Shown here: positions 1-9,417 of the stretch, piece by piece | Numbering within the stretch: position 1 is the stretch's first letter | Layout of the letters: each line of letters begins with the position of its first letter | NCBI GenBank assembly: GCA_002189035.1 | Contig: NEEC01000400.1 | Location: 1 to 13,758, forward strand | Length of the DNA stretch: 13,758 bases | Reading direction: 5' to 3' | Source: Utricularia gibba | Taxonomy: Eukaryota > Plantae > Magnoliophyta | Program-made: the position numbers and the translations under genes | The notes under the pieces: generated by a model | Database searches by the model: none | What the model saw: the letters and a program-made list of their open reading frames with translations, nothing else | Told to the model about the DNA's origin: nothing

Positions 1-71
1 TTTCTGGGCGGGTGATGTCTTTTGAACTTCGTTCTGACCATAGGTTCGGTCTGACTCCTTTGCCACATCGG

Positions 72-134
72 GTCCTACTCGACGAAAATCGTGATGCAGT
101 TATTGAAGTTAGGATTTCATGAGCACCCAAAATG
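72..134. other. Near-invariant 63-bp core of the monomer (first occurrence; present in every copy)
   Basis: GTCCTACTCGACGAAAATCGTGATGCAGTTATTGAAGTTAGGAT(T)TCATGAGCACCCAAAATG is the same in subtypes A, B, C and D. Only sporadic single-copy changes are seen (e.g. CTCAACG near 3177, GGATATC near 9726, GGATGTC near 10041) plus homopolymer indels. Confidence 0.85.
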
Positions 135-436
135 GTTTTCTCAACCGCATGCTTTATATTTGATAAGGTGCTCTCGTGGGGCAACGGTATCGAGTAGGAG
201 GTCGAGTCGAGCTCGGGCCCATAGTCATTTGTAGCTCGGCAAAAAACTTGATGCATTTATTAACGGTTGGTTTTAATAGGCTGCCTCAATGGTTTTCTCA
301 AGGAAAAGCTTGTCGTTTTTGGGCGGGTGATGTCGTTGTGAACTTCGTTCTGACCCAAGGTTCGGTCTGTCTCCTTTGCCAAATCTGGTCCTACTCGACG
401 AAAATCGTGATGCAGTTATTGAAGTTAGGATTTCAT
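121..436. repeat. Monomer subtype A, representative copy (others start at 1054, 1368, 2301, 3217, 3837, 4767, 5391, 7254, 10354, 11293, 13454; 11914 has a hybrid 3' end)
   Basis: Co-occurring diagnostic words: GATAAGGTGCT, GAGTAGG, CCCATAGT, AGCTCGGC, AAACTTG, CCTCAATGG, GTCGTTGTG, ACCCAAGG, TGTCTCC, CCA(A)ATCTGG. Confidence 0.92.
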
Positions 437-744
437 GAGCACCCAAAATGCTTTTGTCAATCGCATGCTTTGTAGTTGAGGAGGCGCTCTAGTGGGGCAC
501 GGTATCGGGCAAAAGGTCGAGTCGGGCTCGCTCCCAGAGTCATTTTTAGCCTGTCAAAAAAAGTGAATTTATTAACGTTGGGTTTTAATAGGCTGCCTAC
601 ATGGTTTCTCAAGGAAAAGCTTGTCGTTTCTGGGGGTGATGTCTTTTGGAACTTCGTTCTGACCATAGGTTCGGTCTGACTCCTTTGCCACATCGGGTCC
701 TACTCGACGAAAATCGTGATGCAGTTATTGAAGTTAGGATTCAT
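437..744. repeat. Monomer subtype B, representative copy (others start at 1678, 2612, 3523, 4148, 5079, 5706, 6013, 7562, 8480, 9109, 10666, 11605; B-like hybrid at 12227)
   Basis: Diagnostic words: AATGCTTTTGTCAATCG, GTAGTTGAGGAGGCGCTCTAG, TCGGGCAAAAGG, GTCGGGCTCGCTCCC (SacI site lost), TTTAGCCTGTC, AAAAGTG. About 38 differences from A by hand count (~12%). Confidence 0.92.
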
Positions 745-3700
745 GAGCACCCAAAATGGTTTTCTCAACCGCATGCTTTATATTTGATAAGGCACTCTCG
801 GGGCAACGGTATCGAGCAGGAGGTCGAGTCGAGCTCGGGCCCAGAGTCATTTGTAGCCCGGCAAAAAAATGATGCATTTATTAACGTTGGTTTATAGGCT
901 GCCTACATGGTTTCTCAAGGAAAAGCTTGTCGTTTCTGGGCGGGTGATGTCTTTTGGAACTTCGTTCTGACCATAGGTTCGGTCTGACTCCTTTGCCACA
1001 TCGGGTCCTACTCGACGAAAATCGTGATGCAGTTATTGAAGTTAGGATTTCATGAGCACCCAAAATGGTTTTCTCAACCGCATGCTTTATATTTGATAAG
1101 GTGCTCTCGTGGGGCAACGGTATCGAGTAGGAGGTCGAGTCGAGCTCGGGCCCATAGTCATTTGTAGCTCGGCAAAAAACTTGATGCATTTATTAACGTT
1201 GGTTTTAATAGGCTGCCTCAATGGTTTTCTCAAGGAAAAGCTTGTCGTTTTTGGGCGGGTGATGTCGTTGTGAACTTCGTTCTGACCCAAGGTTCGGTCT
1301 GTCTCCTTTGCCAATCTGGTCCTACTCGACGAAAATCGTGATGCAGTTATTGAAGTTAGGATTTCATGAGCACCCAAAATGGTTTTCTCAACCGCATGCT
1401 TTATATTTGATAAGGTGCTCTCGTGGGGCACGTATCGAGTAAAGGTCGAGTCGAGCTCGGCCCATAGTCATTTGTAGCTCGGCAAAAAACTTGATGCATT
1501 ATTAACGGTTGGTTTTAATAGGCTGCCTCAATGGTTTTCTCAAGGAAAAGCTTGTCGTTTTGGGCGGGTGATGTCGTTGTGAACTTCGTTCTGACCCAAG
1601 GTTCGGTCTGTCTCCTTTGCCAAATCTGGTCCTACTCGACGAAAATCGTGATGCAGTTATTGAAGTTAGGATTTCATGAGCACCAAAATGCTTTTGTCAA
1701 TCGCATGCTTTGTAGTTGAGGAGGCGCTCTAGTGGGGCACGGTATCGGGCAAAAGGTCGAGTCGGGCTCGCTCCCAGAGTCATTTTTAGCCTGTCAAAAA
1801 AGTGATGCATTTATTAACGTTGGGTTTTAATAGGCTGCCTACATGGTTTCTCAAGGAAAAGCTTGTCGTTTCTGGGGGGGTGATGTCTTTTGGAACTTCG
1901 TTCTGACCATAGGTTCGGTCTGACTCCTTTGCCACATCGGGTCCTACTCGACGAAAATCGTGATGCAGTTATTGAAGTTAGGATTTCATGAGCACCCAAA
2001 ATGGTTTTTCAACCGCATGCTTTATATTTGATAAGGCACTCTCGTGGGGCAACGGTATCGAGCAGGAGGTCGAGTCGAGCTCGGCCAGAGTCATTTGTAG
2101 CCCGGCAAAAAAAATTGATGCATTTATTAACGTTCGGCTTTATTAGGCTGCCTACATAGGTTCTCAAGGAAGCTTGTCGTTTCTGGGCGGGTGATGTCTT
2201 TTGGAACTTCGTTCTGACCATATGTTCGGTCTGACTCCTTTGCCACATCGGGTCCTACTCGACGAAAATCGTGATGCAGTTATTGAAGTTAGGATTTCAT
2301 GAGCACCCAAAATGGTTTTCTCAACCGCATGCTTTATATTTGATAAGGTGCTCTCGTGGGGCAACGGTAGTAGGAGGTCGAGTCGAGCTCGGGCCATAGT
2401 CATTTGTAGCTCGGCAAAAAACTTGATGCATTTATTAACGGTTGGTTTTAATAGGCTGCCTCAATGGTTTTCTCAAGGAAAAGCTTGTCGTTTTTGGGCG
2501 GGTGATGTCGTTGTGAACTTCGTTCTGACCCAAGGTTCGGTCTGTCTCCTTTGCCAAATCTGGTCCTACTCGACGAAAATCGTGATGCAGTTATTGAAGT
2601 TAGGATTTCATGAGCACCCAAAATGCTTTTGTCAATCGCATGCTTTGTAGTTGAGGAGGCGCTCTAGTGGGGCACGGTATCGGGCAAAAGGTCGAGTCGG
2701 GCTCGCTCCCAGAGTCATTTTTAGCCTGTCAAAAAAAGTGATGCATTTATTAACGTTGGGTTTTAATAGCTGCCTACATGGTTTCTCAAGGAAAAGCTTG
2801 TCGTTTCTGGGGGTGATGTCTTTTGGAACTTCGTTCTGACCAAGGTTCGGTCTGACTCCTTTGCCACATCGGGTCCTACTCGACGAAAATCGTGATGCAG
2901 TTATTGAAGTTAGGATTCATGAGCACCCAAAATGGTTTTCTGAACCGCATGCTTTATATTTGATAAGGCACTCTCGTGGGGCACGATCGAGTCGAGCTCG
3001 GGCCCAGAGTCATTTGTAGCCGGCAAAAAAAATTGATGCATTTATTAACGTTCGGCTTTATTAGGCTGCCTACATAGGTTCTCAAGGAAAGCTTGTCGTT
3101 TCTGGGCGGGATGTCTTTTGGAACTTCGTTCTGACCATATGTTCGGTGTGACTCCTTTGCCACATCGGGTCTACTCAACGAAAATCGTGATGCAGTTATT
3201 GAAGTTAGGATTTCATGAGCACCCAAAATGGTTTTCTCAACCGCATGCTTTATATTTGATAAGGTGCTCTCGTGGGCAACGGTATCGAGTAGGAGGTCGA
3301 GTCGAGCTCGGGTCATTGTAGCTCGGCAAAAAACTTGATGCATTTATTAACGGTTTGTTTTAATAGGCTGCCTCAATGGTTTTCTCAAGGAAAAGCTTGT
3401 CGTTTTTGGGCGGGTGATGTCGTTGTGAACTTCGTTCTGACCCAAGGTTCGGTCTGTCTCCTTTGCCAATCTGGTCCTACTCGACGAAAATCGTGATGCA
3501 GTTATTGAAGTTAGGATTTCATGAGCACCCAAAATGCTTTTGTCAATCGCATGCTTTGTAGTTGAGGAGGCGCTCTAGTGGGGCACGGTATCGGGCAAAA
3601 GGTCGAGTCGGGCTCGCTCCCAGAGTCATTTTTAGCCTGTCAAAAAAAGTGATGCATTTATTAACGTTGGGTTTTAATAGGCTGCCTACATGGTTTCTCA

Positions 3701-4452
3701 AGGAAAAGCTTGTCGTTTCTGGGCGGGTGATGTCTTTTGGAACTTCGTTCTGACCATAGGTTCGGTCTGACTCCTTTGCCACATCGGGTCCTACTCGACG
3801 AAAATCGTGATGCAGTTATTGAAGTTAGGATTTCATGAGCACCCAAAATGGTTTCTCAACCGCATGCTTTATATTTGATAAGGTGCTCTCGTGGGGCAAC
3901 GGTATCGAGTAGGAGGTCGAGTCGAGCTCGGGCCCATAGTCATTTGTAGCTCGGCAAAAAACTTGATGCATTTATTAACGGGGTTTTAATAGGCTGCCTC
4001 AATGGTTTCTCAAGGAAAAGCTTGTCGTTTTTGGGCGGGTGATGTCGTTGTGAACTTCGTTCTGACCCAAGGTTCGGTCTGTCTCCTTTGCCAATCTGGT
4101 CCTACTCGACGAAAATCGTGATGCAGTTATTGAAGTTAGGATTTCATGAGCACCCAAAATGCTTTTTCAATCGCATGCTTTGTAGTTGAGGCGCTCTAGT
4201 GGGCACGGTATCGGGCAAAAGGTCGAGTCGGGCTCGCCCAGAGTCATTTTTAGCCTGTCAAAAAAAGTGATGCATTTATTAACGTTGGGTTTTAATAGGC
4301 TGCCTACATGGTTTCTCAAGGAAAAGCTTGTCGTTTCTGGGGGGTGATGTCTTTTGGAACTTCGTTCTGACCATAGGTTCGGTCTGACTCCTTTGCCACA
4401 TCGGGTCCTACTCGACGAAAATCGTGATGCAGTTATTGAAGTTAGGATTCAT

Positions 4453-4766
4453 GAGCACCCAAAATGGTTTTCTCAACCGCATGCTTTATATTTGATAAGG
4501 CACTCTCGTGGGGCAACGGTATCGAGCAGGAGGTCGAGTCGAGCTCGGGCCCAGAGTCATTTGTAGCCCGGCAAAAAAAATTGATGCATTTATTAACGTT
4601 CGGCTTTATTAGGCTGCCTACATGGTTCTCAAGGAAAGCTTGTCGTTTCTGGGCGGGTGATGTCTTTTGGAACTTCGTTCTGACCATAGGTTCGGTCTGA
4701 CTCCTTTGCCACATCGGGTCCTACTCGACGAAAATCGTGATGCAGTTATTGAAGTTAGGATTTCAT
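4453..4766. repeat. Monomer subtype C, representative copy (others start at 745, 1990, 2921, 6325, 6636, 7867, 9418, 9731, 10978, 12535, 12840)
   Basis: Diagnostic words: GATAAGGCACT, GAGCAGG, CCCAGAGT, usually AGCCCGGC, AAAATTG and often TTCGGCTTTATTAGG. The 3' part is shared with B (GTCTTTTGG, ACCATAGG, GACTCC, CACATCGGG), except in the copies that precede D. Confidence 0.88.
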
Positions 4767-6324
4767 GAGCACCCAAAATGGTTTTCTCAACCGCATGCTT
4801 TATATTTGATAAGGTGCTCTCGTGGGCAACGGTATCGAGTAGGAGGTCGAGTCGAGCTCGGGCCCATAGTCATTTGTAGCTCGGCAAAAAACTTGATGCA
4901 TTTATTAACGGTTGGTTTTAATAGGCTGCCTCAATGGTTTTCTCAAGGAAAAGCTTGTTTTTTGGGCGGGTGATGTCGTTGTGAACTTCGTTCTGACCCA
5001 AGGTTCGGTCTGTCTCCTTTGCCAATCTGGTCCTACTCGACGAAAATCGTGATGCAGTTATTGAAGTTAGGATTTCATGAGCACCCAAAATGCTTTTGTC
5101 AATCGCATGCTTTGTAGTTGAGGAGGCGCTCTAGTGGGGCACGGTATCGGGCAAAAGGTCGAGTCGGGCTCGCTCCCAGAGTCATTTTTAGCCTGTCAAA
5201 AAAGTGATGCATTTATTAACGTTGGGTTTTAATAGGCTGCCTACATGGTTTCTCAAGGAAAAGCTTGTCGTTTCTGGCGGGTGATGTCTTTTGGAACTTC
5301 GTTCTGACCATAGGTTCGGTCTGACTCCTTTGCCACATCGGGTCCTACTCGACGAAAATCGTGATGCAGTTATTGAAGTTAGGATTTCATGAGCACCCAA
5401 AATGGTTTTCTCAACCGCATGCTTTATATTTGATAAGGTGCTCTCGTGGGGCAACGGTATCGAGTAGGAGGTCGAGTCGAGCTCGGGCCCATAGTCATTT
5501 GTAGCTCGGCAAAAAACTTGATGCATTTATTAACGGTTGGTTTTAATAGGCTGCCTCAATGGTTTTCTCAAGGAAAAGCTTGTCGTTTTTGGGCGGGTGA
5601 TGTCGTTGTGAACTTCGTTCTGACCCAAGGTTCGGTCTGTCTCCTTTGCCAATCTGGTCCTACTCGACGAAAATCGTGATGCAGTTATTGAAGTTAGGAT
5701 TTCATGAGCACCCAAAATGCTTTTGTCAATCGCATGCTTTGTAGTTGAGGAGGCGCTCTGGGGCACGGTATCGGGCAAAAGGTCGAGTCGGGCTCGCTCC
5801 CAGAGTCATTTTTAGCCTGTCAAAAAAGTGATGCATTTATTAACGTTGGGTTTAATAGGCTGCCTACATGGTTTCTCAAGGAAAAGCTTGTCGTTTCTGG
5901 GCGGGTGATGTCTTTTGGACTTCGTTCTGACCAAGGTTCGGTCTGACTCCTTTGCCACATCGGGTCCTACTCGACGAAAATCGTGATGCAGTTATTGAAG
6001 TTAGGATTTCATGAGCACCCAAAATGCTTTTGTCAATCGCATGCTTTGTAGTTGAGGAGGCGCTCTAGTGGGGCACGGTATCGGGCAAAAGGTCGAGTCG
6101 GCTCGCTCCCAGAGTCATTTTTAGCCTGTCAAAAAAAGTGATGCATTTATTAACGTTGGTTTTAATAGGCTGCCTACATGGTTTCTCAAGGAAAAGCTTG
6201 TCGTTTCTGGGCGGGTGATGTCTTTTGGAACTTCGTTCTGACCATAGGTTCGGTCTGACTCCTTTGCCACATCGGGTCCTACTCGACGAAAATCGTGATG
6301 CAGTTATTGAAGTTAGGATTTCAT

Positions 6325-9300
6325 GAGCACCCAAAATGGTTTTCTCAACCGCATGCTTTATATTTGATAAGGCACTCTCGTGGGGCAACGGTATCGAGCA
6401 GGAGGTCGAGTCGAGCTCGGGCCCAGAGTCATTTGTAGCCCGGCAAAAAAATTGATGCATTTATTAACGTTCGGCTTTATTAGGCTGCCTACATGGTTCT
6501 CAAGGAAAGCTTGTCGTTTCTGGCGGGTGATGTCTTTTGGAACTTCGTTCTGACCATAGGTTCGGTCTGACTCCTTTGCCACATCGGGTCCTACTCGACG
6601 AAAATCGTGATGCAGTTATTGAAGTTAGGATTCATGAGCACCCAAAATGGTTTTCTCAACCGCATGCTTTATATTTGATAAGGCACTCTCGTGGGGCAAC
6701 GGTATCGAGCAGAGGTCGAGTCGAGCTCGGCCCAGAGTCATTTGTAGCCCGGCAAAAAATTGATGCATTTATTAACGTTGGCTTTATAGGCTGCCTATGG
6801 TTTCTCAAGGAAAAGCTTGTCGTTTCTGGCGGGTGATGTCGTTGGAACTTCGTTCTGACCCAAGGTTCGGTCTGACTCCTTTGCCACATCGGGTCCTACT
6901 CGACGAAAATCGTGATGCAGTTATTGAAGTTAGGATTTCATGAGCACCCAAAATGGTTTTCTCAACCGCATGCTTTATATTTGAGGAGGCTCTCGTGGGG
7001 CAACGGTATCGAGCAGGAGGTCGAGTCGAGCTCGGCCCATAGTCATTTGTAGCTCGGCAAAAAACTTGATGCATTTATTAACGTTGGGTTTTAATAGCTG
7101 CCTACATGGTTTTCTCAAGGAAAAGCTTGTCGTTTCTGGGCGGGTGATGTCTTTTGGAACTTCGTTCTGACCATAGGTTCGGTCTGACTCCTTTGCCACA
7201 TCGGGTCCTACTCGACGAAAATCGTGATGCAGTTATTGAAGTTAGGATTTCATGAGCACCCAAAATGGTTTTCTCAACCGCATGCTTTATATTTGATAAG
7301 GTGCTCTCGTGGGGCAACGGTATCGAGTAAGGTCGAGTCGAGCTCGGGCCATAGTCATTTGTAGCTCGGCAAAAAACTTGATGCATTTATTAACGGTTGG
7401 TTTTAATAGGCTGCCTCAATGGTTTCTCAAGGAAAAGCTTGTCGTTTTGGCGGGTGATGTCGTTGTGAACTTCGTTCTGACCAAGGTTCGGTCTGTCTCC
7501 TTTGCCAATCTGGTCCTACTCGACGAAAATCGTGATGCAGTTATTGAAGTTAGGATTTCATGAGCACCCAAAATGCTTTTGTCAATCGCATGCTTTGTAG
7601 TTGAGGAGGCGCTCTAGTGGGGCACGGTATCGGGCAAAAGGTCGAGTCGGGCTCTCCCAGAGTCATTTTTAGCCTGTCAAAAAGTGATGCATTTATTAAC
7701 GTTGGGTTTAATAGGCTGCCTACATGGTTTCTCAAGAAAAGCTTGTCGTTTCTGGGGGTGATGTCTTTTGGAACTTCGTTCTGACCATAGGTTCGGTCTG
7801 ACTCCTTTGCCACATCGGGTCCTACTCGACGAAAATCGTGATGCAGTTATTGAAGTTAGGATTCATGAGCACCCAAAATGGTTTTCTCAACCGCATGCTT
7901 TATATTTGATAAGGCACTCTCGTGGGGCAACGGTATCGAGCGTCGAGTCGAGCTCGGCCAGAGTCATTTGTAGCCGGCAAAAAAATTGATGCATTTATTA
8001 ACGTTCGGCTTTATTAGGCTGCCTACATGGTTTCTCAAGGAAAGCTTGTCGTTTCTGGGCGGGTGATGTCTTTTGGAACTTCGTTCTGACCATAGGTTCG
8101 GTCTGACTCCTTTGCCACATCGGGTCCTACTCGACGAAAATCGTGATGCAGTTATTGAAGTTAGGATTTCATGAGCACCCAAAATGGTTTTCTCAACCGC
8201 ATGCTTTATATTTGATAAGGTGCTCTCGTGGGGCAACGGTATCGAGTAGAGGTCGAGTCGAGCTCGGCCCAGAGTCATTTGTAGCCCGGCAAAAAAAATT
8301 GATGCATTTATAACGTTGGTTTTATAGGCTGCCTACATGGTTCTCAAGGAAAGCTTGTCGTTTCTGGGCGGGTGATGTCTTTTGAACTTCGTTCTGACCA
8401 TAGGTTCGGTCTGACTCCTTTGCCACATCGGGTCCTACTCGACGAAAATCGTGATGCAGTTATTGAAGTTAGGATTCATGAGCACCCAAAATGCTTTTGT
8501 CAATCGCATGCTTTGTAGTTGAGGAGGCGCTCTAGTGGGGCACGGTATCGGGCAAAAGGTCGAGTCGGCTCGCTCCCAGAGTCATTTTTAGCCTGTCAAA
8601 AAAAGTGATGCATTTATTAACGTTGGGTTTTAATAGGCTGCCTACATGGTTTCTCAAGGAAAAGCTTGTCGTTTCTGGGCGGGTGATGTCTTTTGGAACT
8701 TCGTTCTGACCATAGGTTCGGTCTGACTCCTTTGCCACATCGGGTCCTACTCGACGAAAATCGTGATGCAGTTATTGAAGTTAGGATTTCATGAGCACCC
8801 AAAATGGTTTTCTCAACCGCATGCTTTATATTTGATAAGGCACTCTCGTTGGGGCAACGGTATCGAGCAGGAGGTCGAGTCGAGCTCGGGCCCATAGTCA
8901 TTTGTAGCTCGGCAAAAAACTTGATGCATTTATTAACGGTTGGTTTTAATAGGCTGCCTCAATGGTTTTCTCAAGGAAAAGCTTGTCGTTTTTGGGCGGG
9001 TGATGTCGTTGTGAACTTCGTTCTGACCCAAGGTTCGGTCTGTCTCCTTTGCCAATCTGGTCCTACTCGACGAAAATCGTGATGCAGTTATTGAAGTTAG
9101 GATTTCATGAGCACCCAAAATGGTTGTCAATCGCATGCTTTGTAGTTGAGGAGGCGCTCTAGTGGGGCACGGTATCGGGCAAAAGGTCGAGTCGGGCTCG
9201 CCCAGAGTCATTTTTAGCCTGTCAAAAAAAGTGATGCATTTATTAACGTTGGTTTTAATAGGCTGCCTACATGGTTTCTCAAGGAAAAGCTTGTCGTTTC

Positions 9301-9417
9301 TGGGGGGGTGATGTCTTTTGGAACTTCGTTCTGACCATAGGTTCGGTCTGACTCCTTTGCCACATCGGGTCCTACTCGACGAAAATCGTGATGCAGTTAT
9401 TGAAGTTAGGATTTCAT
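6325..9417. repeat. 10-monomer higher-order repeat unit, copy 1 (C C D A B C A/C B C/A B; 3093 bp)
   Basis: Subtype order read from diagnostic words; D monomers recur at 6942, 10046 and 13147 (spacing 3104 and 3101 bp). Confidence 0.72.
6942..7253. repeat. Rare monomer subtype D (also 10046-10353 and 13147-13453)
   Basis: A/C-type start (CCGCATGCTTTATATTTG) joined to the B-type GAGGAGGC word, then C-type GAGCAGG. Always preceded by a C copy ending GTCGTTGG...GACCCAAGG...GACTCC. Confidence 0.8.

Noticed and set aside
108-113. Telomere repeat (GTTAGG in the core; GTTGGG and TTTTGGG elsewhere)
   Set aside because: These are single degenerate words, never tandem. There is no (TTTAGGG)n or (TTAGG)n tract and no telomere junction in the window.
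121-436. Phased A/T tracts and CAAAA motifs suggesting DNA curvature or recombination signals
   Set aside because: The tracts exist (A6 at 241-246, several T4-T5 runs), but I could not establish ~10.5-bp phasing by eye. Such short motifs are expected by chance at this composition.
6839-6847. CENP-B-box-like word TCGTTGGAA (also near 9948 and 12124) and the CTTCGTT present in every monomer
   Set aside because: The essential downstream CGGG of the box (TTCG-N4-A-N2-CGGG) is missing. The longer match appears only in a few hybrid copies and is consistent with chance.
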